From assembly GCA_043228905.1 (NCBI GenBank), contig JBHGNT010000016.1, forward strand, positions 930,001 through 994,000: 64,000 nt of DNA. The letters are read 5' to 3'. The translations under genes and the position numbers were made by a program. This document shows positions 23,981-36,298 of the stretch, piece after piece; position 1 is the stretch's first letter; each line of letters begins with the position of its first letter. This DNA comes from Azolla caroliniana. Its lineage: Eukaryota; Plantae; Polypodiophyta. The notes under the pieces were generated by a model. That model ran no database searches. It saw nothing but the letters and a program-made list of their open reading frames with translations, and was not told the DNA's origin.

Positions 23981-25279
23981 TCCTAATTTGTTCATATTTT
24001 CCGATTTTTTCATTATTTCTACTTCAATTATGTTACCTTATTAGACCTTCGTAGAACCATAAATATACTCAAATGCGTGCGTAAATGTTGTGCATCTCCA
24101 TAAGCTTGGAATATGTCCTAGTATTCATACCTTTACTACAATTATATCCATGTCTCCTAAAATACAGGTTTTTTGTTGATTCACAAAATGCCTCTTTCTG
24201 TCTTTTTGTGCAACAAATTTTGTAACTAAAGCTAGTGCATCTATTAATAAGGAAATTTTATAATTCATTGGACGATCTTGATTCTCCATATTGGCATTGA
24301 TACAAATTCCAAACTATGAATAATCACTCAATGTGGAACCAAGTTGTATATGGTTATCTTAGCTTTGGCACGCAGGAGATAGACAAATGTGGTATTGTGT
24401 AGGTCCCTCTGGGCCAACCTTAAGAATGAGGACATTATTTTAGTGAAAAAATACATAAATTTGCTACTAAGTCATAACAACTACAAAAGTATGCTGGCTT
24501 ACGTTTCAAAATTAAGTATTAAAATATTGTTAGTGAAAGTTGAAGCTCCTAAGCACATGAAAGGTTTAAGGCTGAAAATTAAGTTCACTACTAATATACA
24601 TTAAGGAATAATTTAGAAAATGAGTAGCCACATTTGCTTACTAATATCCTCTCTAATTAATCAGTGGGCTAGAAGTGATTTTGCTAAATTGTTCATGCTT
24701 GTAAGAGAAATTGGCCATATGCTAATTGGGACATCTAATACATCTATCTAATAATTGGGGATTTGGATCATATATAGACCCATTCTTCTACAAACAAAGA
24801 CTTCAATGTCTCATACAATTGCTAAACGCACTTTACAAGTATTGTCTAACAATAGGATTTCAGTTGTTCAACCCATTGATAGAAATACTATCAACAAAAT
24901 AAGCTTGATTGTTTGATATATAACTACCAAATGCACGTTTACAAGCATGTTGCCACTAGACAGTCTCTTTCATTATAATTTTTTTTTGGTAATGTCAAGA
25001 ATCACTTGAAATAAGATTGATTCAAGTGGGCAATTAGATCAAGTGAGAGCTATTTTGCAGATTCCCACAAAGTCAGAATTGCAATGAGAGTAGCAAAAAC
25101 CAGCGTGGAAGCCAACTAGAAGAGCCTCCACAGCCAATCTTTTTTCCCAATTATGTGCAATGGCAAAGTTCTAGTACACCATGCTTTTGGTCTTTATTTC
25201 TTTCTCAAGAGTTTTTGCCCAACATCAGTTCTTTAATGTCCATACCTTTTACTGTACAAATAAGGTAAGTAATGGATGT

Positions 25280-27173
25280 CTAGATTTTGTGTGAATCCCA
25301 GAGAAAGTGAGCATAGCTTGCTGCAAAGAAAGGATTCTTGGGATCTATACTTATAGCTGATTCATAAGCTTTTTCAGCTCGTCGTCGATCTTCTCGAGCT
25401 AGCCACAAAAAGCTCGCAAAACGATGGATTGTATCGCCATCACTTGGATCGCATTGGAGAGCTTGATTGAACAACTCCTCGGCTCTTTACATGCCCATTT
25501 TAGAAAGACCAAATATAAGAAAACAGTAATTTAAGAGAGTTAACTTGGCTGAACTCATGATCACATTATCAATGCTTATAAACACTAGATTAAATAGATC
25601 ATAGGAGAAGACATTGGTTCCTATAAATATACCTGTCATGATCTTTTCGGACGAGGAACATGAATTGGGCATAGTTTGCAAGCACCATTGGGTCCATATT
25701 GGAATCATGGTTGCTTAATGCATATTGATATGCCAGATCTGTCCTATCATAACAAGGATACTTATCCTCTTCAAAAAGATCACGATTAATGATATTTTGA
25801 TCCATGGGAGAATTGGAACACATTATGTTTTCTTGTGCACTGATATTGGAAGCAATATTTGGGTGAGTTATGCGTTCGCTTTCATCTTCTTTCCTTGAAT
25901 CCACTCTAAGAGAAGTACTAGTTCCATCTCTAGAATGTTTCACATTCGAAGATGATGAAAGATTAAGGGTCCACTCTTCGCATGCTATGGTTGATGCCGA
26001 AGAAAGCCCTGAAACTTTATCTGAGGAAATTTTATCCTGGATCGAATATGTCGCTTTATTGATGTCATTAGAAGAATTAATACTATCATTAGAATCACCA
26101 TAGCCACCTCCAACTATTTTCCCAATCGGCCTTCCACCTCCATTACCGAACCATCCAATCTCATCGAAAATTTGATCAGTCCTCACAATATTGCTATCAT
26201 TCAATGATGGACTAGATGTCATCCTCAGAGGACTTAATTCCATGTGTAAGGGATTCATTAAATTGGCCTCTAAGTTGGTGTTTTGGCCTCTAAGAAATGT
26301 TGTTGAAGGCATGGAGAGAGGAGCTGAATGTGATGGTGGAGGTAGATTGCTGGACATAGAAAATACTGTAAAATCAGTGAGAAATACCATGATTAGGATC
26401 ATGAATTGGGGAGTGCAAGCGAAAACTTGTTGGAAAAGCCATAACAAGGATGCATGCATTTCTCGATTGACTCGACTGACGAGGCCATCAATGAGGTCTG
26501 CCTCTAATAAGTGTTGCTTTATATGAATTAAAGTATGGCTCTGAAGGGTTTTCATCATGAAGACCATCGATGAGAAAGCGGATTGCAAGGAATTCCCGAA
26601 GTGATTCGCGAAACCAGAGGGGGAACAAATTACACCAGGTTTCTCTGGCATCCTCTTTTGCTTTCTTTTCAGCATCTTAAGGGAGAGTGGTAGACCAACT
26701 CCTGCTATAGATACTTCATCACATGAATTATGTCGAGATAAGGAGGGGTTTTTCAGCTTCTCCGAGACAGAAAGCTGGCGTGAATCCGGAATACCCTGAA
26801 TATTGTGTCGTTCTCCGACAAATCCATGTGGATCATAGTGATGATGATCCCGATCATGTGGACGATGCATACTGAGATGTTGATCACAATGGAATCCAGG
26901 ATGGATTGATGTACAATCTTGGGTTAGGGCACTCTTATATGGAACCCTAAACTGTTCCATGTCCCCCTCATTCTTGTGAATGTTGTTATATGCGGCTGCA
27001 AGGATTAAACAACTTCTGAGCTTTTTCCTTGACATACAAAAAGAATGCTCGAGTGAAGAAGAAGTAGTTAGATAAGGAGCTGAGTAAGGACAGGTTATAG
27101 AAGAAGCATATTTAAATGGTTTAGAAGACAATACGGTGGCATCATTAGGCATGAGTTTAACCATTAAATCCAT
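25280..27173 (-). CDS. TPR-like superfamily protein with C-terminal TPRs; exons 27173-25633 and 25484-25280
   Basis: LPLSLKMLKRK, AFSSMVFM..LQS and ASLLWLFQQVF..TP motifs. The TPR part reads LANYAQF...KDHDR|AEELFNQAL..DP.D...FASFLW...YAHFLW. The GT donor at 25632 and AG acceptor at 25485 keep frame. Confidence 0.85.
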
Positions 27174-27327
27174 GTCCTCTCAGAAAACGCAGCAAACAGG
27201 CAGGCAGGGTATGCAACAGAGAGAAGAGTCAGACAGAGAGGATAGGCTTGTTGGGGGAGAGAATTACTGAGAAAAATCATCACAATATCTAAAAGAGCAA
27301 GATGCGCTTTTTGCACTTTTCTCTTTT

Positions 27328-27428
27328 GCCGACGTGGATGGACTTTCCACGTGTCACGCCTGTGATGACGTGGCATGGGCTCCCCCTATTTTGGGTTGAA
27401 TTGCGCTTTTTTATTTGGATGACGTGGA
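27328..27428. promoter_or_regulatory. Cluster of four ACGT-core ABRE/G-box motifs plus a GCCGAC (DRE/CRT core), upstream of the TPR gene
   Basis: GCCGACGTGG at 27328, CCACGTGTC at ~27347, TGACGTGGC at ~27366 and GACGTGG at 27421, 155-255 bp upstream of the ATG at 27173. Confidence 0.55.
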
Positions 27429-28588
27429 TGCCCTTTCTACGCAGGGATTAATATCCATTTGCTTGTGCTCACTTTTCTTACTAGCTTTTTGGAAATATCC
27501 ATTTGCACTTTTGTCTTTTTTGTTGGCAACATGACCTTTTCTACCACATCATCATCCATTTGCACTTTTTCAAAAGGAAGGTCAAACGCATCATCGTCGC
27601 CTCTTACCGTTGATCACCCGTTCTCGATAAGCTTATCCTGTTGGAAGTGAGTAGCAACCACCCTAGACGCACAACGTACAATGAGGGAAACTATCTGCAT
27701 GGATATCTGATGGATCTTTGTAGGTGGGCATTGCCAACGAATGCATCGATTAGATCCAAGGAAATGGGCAACACTGTGACACAATGCAAGTGGCTCGGCT
27801 TAGGATATGGGGGTGGCATTAGGACACCATTCCATGTCTTAATATTGAAAATATGTTGTGTGTGCATGTGTGTATTGTTCAAGAATGCCATAACATCTAG
27901 ACAATTTGGTGATTCCTTGCATCATAGGGGAAGAGCATCATGTCATCAAATCTTGGTTAGACTCATAGGTTTGCTTCTAAATTCATACCACGCCCTTTAC
28001 CCTAGTGCAAGTGGCATGTCTCACAAGAGCCCCATAATAAAATTAGCCTTGTAACAAGCAACTTGCTCACTTGAAACAAGATTGACATTAATATTACATG
28101 GGTCATAGACCAATATAACAAACATCTTAAACATGGTTTTGCATCATTTCTCACTTCAAAGAACTATCCATATGTAAACTTGCACATGCATATTTCGTTT
28201 AAGAGGAAGCGGAAACAAAAGCCTCAGCATAGTGTTACTAAATTTGGTCGAAACAAGAGCCAACCTCACCTAAGTTGATGTTGTCTAAAAAGAAACACTC
28301 TCAAATGCACTGGAAGTTGAAATGAGATCTAGTTGTTGCATCTCACTAGCACAAGGACCAAATGAAGTCATTGTAGCTTTCCTAGAACAACTCTTACATC
28401 TTAAAATGCCATTGCTAGTAAAAGTAGGCATTGAATGTTAGGGCATCCTGTTGGTAAAAACTTGAACTCAACACCAATACAAATACATTCAAGTTTATTG
28501 TTGAGGAAGACTTCAGGTAATATTCCCAAGCTTGGTATGATGTGCTACATCGAGTAAGTGGAGACCTACAAAAGGGACATGGTAAACC

Positions 28589-28671
28589 TGTTGTGGACAA
28601 GGCCGTCAATGCGGAAATGCAAGCAACATTCGTGATGAAGAAGACTGTGTGTATGTGCATAAGCAAGATAG

Positions 28672-28713
<42 letters not shown>

Positions 28714-28911
28714 GCACAAAGAGAACGTTATATTGCAATAGCAACAATTACAAAGAATGAAAACCAACAACCTTAACTAAAGGTTACAAAGTCACTTTAT
28801 ATAGTGACTATCTTAGGGCAACTGCCCTTTATGCTATTTAAAGAAATAGCCCAAACTTGGGTTGTCCGAAGGGACAGTGTGAATACGGCCATTATACACT
28901 CATATTCGACA
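28589..28911 (-). repeat. 3' LTR of copia element 1
   Basis: Direct repeat of 32605-32916, adjacent to the PPT. Confidence 0.95.
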
Positions 28912-31900
28912 CTCCCCTGTAATGGGCGTATACATGGGTTATCTAAAGGATTACATGTATATATACAAGGTTTATTGGATAGATCGGTTTTGTTAGAGTC
29001 GGCAGGATCCGAAGACAGAAGACCGAACCGGTCGGGGTGGAAGAGTTGAAGCCGATCCTCAAAGAATTGATGTCGGTGGTCCGAAACCATCCTATGTTGT
29101 GTGTCCGACTTTAACCGAACCGATTTTTCGTTACGCCCATCTATTGCCGAAGGGACCGGAAACGATCCGCCGAAAGACACTTGGTCATTCCATCTACAAC
29201 ATTATCGATTGTGGATATCTTTTCTAGACCGATTTTCCCTGAAATGATGCAGTCCCGAACGAAGTGATATCTAACGTCGATATGCTTGGCGGCGTTGTGG
29301 TGAACCAGATTCTTTGACAAAGCAACAACACCTTGATTGTCGCTGTAGACAACTGCAGTCGAGTCGGAGTCGACTTGTCAAAACATGTGTGCACGCCGAC
29401 CGAGTCATAAGGCTTCTTTCACCAAATGCCATGTGGCTGAATCGGCAGATGCCGATGCTTCTTCGTAAGACGTCGGTTCGCCGGTGTCGGTAAAGAAAAT
29501 ATTAATTGGATTTGCGACAGTCTCTTGGATTTGCGAGGTATGAATGGACTAGTCGCACCGGGTGGCGATGTCGGATGGTCGGGAGCCGAGCCATTCGGTT
29601 GTGCCGAATCGATGGATTCGGTGCGAGAGTTGTCGGTTACTCGTGAAACCGATCTCGTGTTGTGGGATGGGCCTTCATGAAGGGTTGACACTTCGGAGAA
29701 TATTACCCTTCGGACTTCAATAGGCCTTTCGGCCGTTTTATGCATAGCCGACACGTTGAACACGACGTTCGAACTTCGGACGATTTGTCTGTGCTCAGGG
29801 TCCCAGAGTCGGTATCTGATCTCGTCGTCGGGTCCATACCCAAGGAAAACACATTTCCTTGATCTTGGTTCGAGTTTCCGGCGATCGTCTTTCGGTATGA
29901 GGGTGTATGCCTCGCAACCGAAGATCCTCAACTTGTCATAATTCGGCTTACTGTCGGTCCATATTTCCTGAGGTATTTGAAGTCCTAGAGGTTTACTTGG
30001 CGACATATTTATTATGTGTACTGCCGTAAGTAGAGCCTCTGCCCAGAAGCCATCCGACAGTCCAGAGTGTTGGAGCATGGATACTACGCGTTCTTGAATC
30101 GTCCGATTCATGCGTTCTGCAATTCCGTTCTGCTCCGGACTATAAGGTGTCATATATTCCCATCGAATGCTGCGTTCTTGGGAAAATTTGACGAATTCTT
30201 CAGACTTGAATTCCCCTCTGTTGTCGGTTTGGAGACATTTCAGTTTCCGACTGGTCTGATTTTCGACCATTGCGAACCATTCAGAAAAGATCGAGAACAC
30301 CCGATCTTTGGTTCTGATGGGGTAAGCCCACACCTTCCGAGTCGAGTCGTCAATAAAACTGACGAAGTACGAGGCACCGCCGAGAGACTGATGTGGCATC
30401 GGGCCACAGACGTTCGAGTGGACCAAATCGAGAGGACTCGATTCCCTTGGTGCTGATGTCGAGTGTGATGCGGCTACCTATTTGCCGTACTGGCAATGCT
30501 CGCAGAATTGGTGATCCGAGAAGGAGAGTTTGGTGATGTAACCGGCTCTAGATAGGTGCGTTATGCTAGCCTTGCTGAGGTGTCCAAGTCGTTCGTGCCA
30601 TAACGATGACACGGGGATATCAACAAAAAATAAGTCACCCTCTTTGAGTGTGACATATAAAGGGTACAAGGAATGTACCTTTGGTCCTCGAGCAAGCAGG
30701 AGGTTCCCTTTGTGGAGTGTCCACCCTCCTGATGAGAATCTAGCACGTATGCCGGCTTCGTCAAGCTGTCTGACTAAGATCAAGGGTCTCGAGAGCTCAG
30801 GAACGTGTCAGACGTTGTGTAGTACTAGTGTAGAGCCACCCGGAAGGTTGAGCTCTATGGTGCCGATTCCGATTATAGCACAGTGATGCAAGTTTCCCAC
30901 TCAAACTGAGTCGGAGTGCCGGTCCGAGTATTGCCGAAACTGAGATCGATGAGGTGTCACATGATACGATGCACCCGAGTCCAGGAGCCATGTGCTCAAT
31001 TCCTCAGTCATAAGCAGAACTTCTGATTCGAATGGGTTCTCTATGGACAATATGTTCAGGTCGGTTGTCAAAATTTCGGCTGAAGGGCCGACGACGTAGT
31101 TGACCTCCTCATGCCGGCTACTCTTTTGATCCACTCTCTGAGATTTGTCGGTTTTTGCTTTGAGTGCCCGACAATCAGCTTTGATGTGTCCCAATTTCTT
31201 GCAATAGTTGCAGATTCGGTTGTCCCGGGACTTGCTCCGACTTCACTGATTGTTTGGCGGTCGGGAAGAACTTCTTCCCTTGTTGTTTGATCGGTCGGTC
31301 GAACCTTGTACTACGTAAGCTTCATCTGCCGAGTCTTTGGCGAAAGACTTTCTCCGAGCTACTTCAATCAAGATTGCGCTCGTGACTTCGGAGTACTTAA
31401 CGGCAACTATTGAAGCATTGCACATGGTTGTAACGAAAGTTTCCCATGAAGAGGGGAGACTACTCATGAGTATCATTGCTCTAAGTTCATCCTCGATTGT
31501 CGTCCCCTAAGACGAGATTTGGGATCTTATGCTTTCGTACTCGTTGAGGTGTGCCGGAACCGAATCGGATTCTTTCATCCGCAAGTTGTAGAGGCGCCGG
31601 ATCAGATACATCTTCGTTGCGGCAACCTTCTTTTCATAAGTTTCCGACATTGTTTTCCAAAGTTCAAAAGTTGTCGAGCATGATTGCACTGTGAAGTACA
31701 CTAACTCCGACAGGTGCATCCGAATCGTGGCACGGACAATTCTATCCAGCTTTAGCCACTCGTTTGCCTTGTATGCTTCTAGAGGATTTTCATTCTCAAT
31801 CGGGTCTATCTGACCCTTGACTATGAGATAGTCCTGCATTTGTTCCTTCCAAAAGTTGAAGTTCAAACCGTCGAACCTCCTTAGACTCATCTCCGATGAG

Positions 31901-32604
31901 CCGGATGTTGATGCCATCTGATTCGGTTTTGGTTGGGAAGACCCAGTTCGGAGTTGACTACGAACCTTAGTGGGGTGCAGCCGGTCGGCTCACTCGATAT
32001 CGTTCTAGTCGGTTTTGAACCCGAGTTGGTTTGGTTTCGGATATTTGTTTGCTGAACTTGCTCGGAGTGACTCTGATAACTTGAGGGACAGAACCAGATG
32101 GTCTTCCCGAATGTTGCCGAGTCGGAGTGAGCTCGATTAGCTTCTGATTGTATGCCGAATACCGATTACAAGAAACCAATTGTTTGGGCCGATTCTGCTT
32201 CAGATGACTGCATCGATGAGAGGGACGGATCCAACTGATCCTCCCAAATGTCGATCAGCCGAATGAAGCACGAATTTGGTTGTTGCCAGGAGACCAATCT
32301 GCAGCGGGTGGTTACAACAAGCGAGTGAATAGCGTCCGGTGACCTATTCGGATGTTGTTTAACCGAACGAAGCACGATTGGGTCGATTGTTGTACAAGGA
32401 GCTCCCCTCAAGCGGTTACAATCACAGGAACAGAGTACAGCCGGCTTGCTTACTCCAATTTGTGATTTAACACAGTGAGATGTGAGCTTTTTGTTTTTCT
32501 TCTCTCTTCTCTGTTCTTCAAGAAGTTACAAAAAACAGAATGTTGTGTGGTGTACTATGACGGTTGGTAGCGAGTTGAAGAACCTCCAACGCTCTGATAC
32601 CAAA

Positions 32605-32916
32605 TGTTGTGGAAAAGGCCGCCAATGCGGAAGTGCAAGCAACATTCGTGATGAAGAAGAACCTGTGTATGCGCATAAGCAAGATAGACACACACACACA
32701 CACACACAGAGATGGGCACAAAGAGAATGTTATATTGCAATAACAACAGTTACAAAGAATGACAACCAACAACAACCTTAACTAAAGGTTATAAAGTCAC
32801 TTTATATAGTGACTATCTTAGGGCAACTGCCCTTTATGCTATTTACAGAAACAACCCAAACTTGGGTTGTCCAAAGGGACAATGTGAATACGGCCATTAT
32901 ACACTCGTATTCGACA
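32605..32916 (-). repeat. 5' LTR of copia element 1
   Basis: Adjacent to the tRNA-iMet PBS. Confidence 0.95.
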
Positions 32917-34419
32917 GAACCTACTTTGGCCATCCCTCACATGAGATGCTCAAGGACCTAACAACTTGACACCCTAGTAGCCACCTCTTTCAAAGTTGAA
33001 GACCATGTTTCTTTTCCTAGATGTTCTTCAAGTGATTGTCATTGGTTTCACCACCCCAACCATCTTCGACACGACATCAATCATAGGGACGAGACAATGG
33101 TGTTCCCCATCATGTTCGTTAGTCATCAACTCAACCCTATTGAACAAAATTACTCCACCATAGAACGAGTTCTACACCTAATGTGCATCTCGCGGGATCA
33201 TGACCCTATTGGAGTTGAATTTCCAGATTATTGTTTGTAAAGGGACCAACCATGTATAAATAGCCCACCATTTCTCTAGGATGGTAATTGGAGAAACCCT
33301 TTGGGAATTTATGAAGAACCTCCCTCTCAACCTTAGTCATTGTCAACACGGTCTCAATGCAAGGCATGCCTTTCTTGGAACATCTAGGAAAAGAAACAAG
33401 AAGATCTCTTCTATGTCATTGTGAACTCTTCACATTAATCCAAGGACCAATGTAGATGAGTGGTAAGGACAACATTATCCATCAATGTTTATTGTATCAT
33501 GATGTCCTAGCAATGCTTGAGCAAGGATCCCAGTTTTTGAATGAGGTTATCCCTCACCTTTTGTGAGAATTTACGGTCACTCGTTGCAAGAGCATCCCAT
33601 ACTATCCTCCATGCAATGGACAAGCCCTCACCCACATCGACAACATGTCGATATGTTCACCCTCAAGCACTTACAACTACCACAAATCGTAATAATCAAG
33701 AGGTCATTACAAACCAACCAATTAGCGATGGTAGGACTTCCAAGTCCAAATACTTTAACTTGCGCAACTTTGTTGTCTTCTTTTTTATAACCACCAGGAG
33801 ATAGCAAAGCACATTTGTGCAAGGTGGAAATTGTCATAATGCAAATTAGGCAATAGAAAAATATTAGCTCTAGTCCAAAGTGGCATTTTTTTCCTTTCCT
33901 TTTCCACATTTTAGCTACTTAATTTTCCTCTTTTTAATACCCTTTTGTATAATCTCTCTTGTTTTTTCCCATAAAAAATATCCTCCATTGGTATTAAAAT
34001 TAAAGGAAATTGTTCATTCGTTCATCTTTATGTAGGGTAATCATTTACATTTATTCCTTAGGTTTTGTCTCTTGGTTAGGTTAAATTGGTCGTAGTATTG
34101 TTACCCTTGTTTTCTTTTACTTTTTATTTTCAAGTTTAATTATTTTGAGTTTGGTACATTTCCATTTTTGCCCTTCTTCTCTCTTTATTAAGTCCACCTT
34201 CCACTCATTTCCCCTCTCTTCTTGATTGTTTTTCTTTTCCTCCACACTTTGTCAAGTTCTCTTTCTTTTGCTCCTCCTTTCTTCTTGGTAACTCTTGGTA
34301 CCATTTCACCTTTTTCTTTTTGACAAGTCTCAATTAGTACATCGACTTGTCTAGTGATTCTTTTTCGACAAAAAAACCACATCCAATCAGGGCTCATATT
34401 TGAAGGCATTACCCAATCC

Positions 34420-35790
34420 CGTTTCCCTTATGGTGGTTGTAGTACACATGTCCATGGTATTGCCATTTTATGATTAATTTGTACGTCAACAAATTACTTC
34501 AAGAGTGGTTCATAACCCATCCATGCAAACAAAGCCCACCTTCTAGCCTCTCCCATGGCAATGTTCTTCGTCAAATTTCGTAATATGTAAGTGGATGTTC
34601 CCAACACTCGTTTTAAATTGGTCTTCTCCAAACCTCACCAACATCAACAAATGGAATCTTGGATTCTCAAAGTCATGGACAACTTTATCAAGAACTACTT
34701 TGAGATATTTTACCCCAACATCTAAGCTACCATTTCCATTTTTGTTCTTGTCTAAACTACATTAATAGAGCCAACTTTAAGAGTAAACCTTGAGATACTT
34801 AACACTAACATCCAATCCACCATTTACATTTTTGGTCTTATCTAAACTACATTAATAGAGCCAATTTTTGAAGGACTTCACTTCCATATGTGCACAATCA
34901 TCCTAGATGGGGCTTCTCATTTGACTAAACAAAGGTCTCACTTAGAGAAAGATTGTTGGTGTTTACACTCAAATCGGTTATGCTTCAATCAAACTATCAA
35001 CACAACTTTGAGACCATGGTTGACACATGGTTCATGTTGGATTTGGACAACCTAAGTTTGACCTAATGCCTCAAGTCCTTAAGGTTCTTTACCATGACTA
35101 CAAAAAATGGGCTAACTATGACAAGATCACAATGCTCAAAGACACAATAAAACAATACACCAATTCATCCATGATGCCAAAGATGGCATCTTCACTATTC
35201 ATACTAGTAGTACAAGATAATTGACATGAGTTCTCTCTCACTTTACAAAGCTTAACATAAATCTACCCTAAAAAACACACCCTTCCAAACCCTAAGTTAC
35301 TCATAAACTACTTGGGATTGAAGGTCTCATACAAGGTCAACCTATTCTATTTGTTTTGTATACATAGTTCATTTCACCCTACTTAACATTTGGATGAACC
35401 CTCTATTGTTCTTTACCATATATCTCATGTTACACTAATGCACTAGTAGAATGGAGGTTATCATTAAGCGCTGATGCAATCTATGTCATTGCATCCAATC
35501 AACATTCATTACCTCCAACATGCCAATCTCGTTGACTAACCATCAACACCAAGTTTTATTTGCCCAACTCATTTGTAAGGAAATCTAAGTGTTATATGGT
35601 AGTCCTTTGTAGGCACCTACTAAACCCACCCCTAAGCCCTACTGTCCATACTGTTTAGTCCTTAATCATCCATATGGTCGTCCTCTCAATATTCTCATCT
35701 CCCCATACCATCTCCTTAACTTAATTGAGTAGAATATGACTTGTCCTCCCCTTATGATCACGTTGTGGTGTGGGGAATGGGGATGTTAAG
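34420..35790 (+). mobile_element. Degraded Ty3/gypsy integrase relic (possibly with chromodomain) and PPT
   Basis: atggtggttgtag (MVVV) and degenerate FS..HPQTNG-like and LVEW-like segments. Purine tract ggggaatgggga is followed by TGTTA at 35781. Heavily mutated. Confidence 0.4.
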
Positions 35791-36298
35791 TATTGGATGA
35801 ACAAGCAACACTTAATCAACCATTGTGTAAATATCAGTTGTTGATTGTTTGTCCATTAATAATGTGGAAATAACACTAGAAAGTGAGATGAGTGTTTGTC
35901 CAACAAGTGTCAAAAGGACTTAAGGCATTCTAAATGACTGCAAAAGTAACTTTAGTGGCTTTTCTATAGGTCTTCTTCATTTGATGTGCTTTAACCTCTT
36001 AAGCATTTTATGTTTTATCTTATACTATATTCAACACAATTGGTTTAAAGCTTTTTCTTATTTCCTTGTTAAGATTTCCTAGCCTTTCATTAAGGAGAGA
36101 GTGGTAAGCCTTGTCCAAAGTAATAATCTTGTAAGAGATAAGAGAGGTTGCTTAATATTGCCAAAGTTGCTCAAAGCTCAAAGGAAATTAATGACATCCC
36201 TAAATAGGGAAGGCGGCAAAAGATTCCTAAATAGTCACTTGGACCAAATAAATAACAATGTACATACTTAACATTTTTGTAATGGAAGCTAATCTCTT

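Larger units (their letters stand above)
28589..32916 (-). mobile_element. Ty1/copia LTR retrotransposon, internally deleted (RT missing), pseudogenised
   Basis: TG...CA LTRs at 28589-28911 and 32605-32916; TSD AAACC/GAACC (4/5); PBS TGGTATCAGAGC (32602-32591); PPT next to 28912. Coding remnants: gag (FDGLNFNFWK..MQDYL, CNYC..GH...C), protease (WLLDSGASYH), GAG-pre-integrase (LWHERLGH), integrase (FIDDSTRKVW, TPYSPEQNGIAERMN) and RNase H C-terminus (KHIDVRYHFVRD). Stops and frameshifts occur throughout. Confidence 0.95.
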
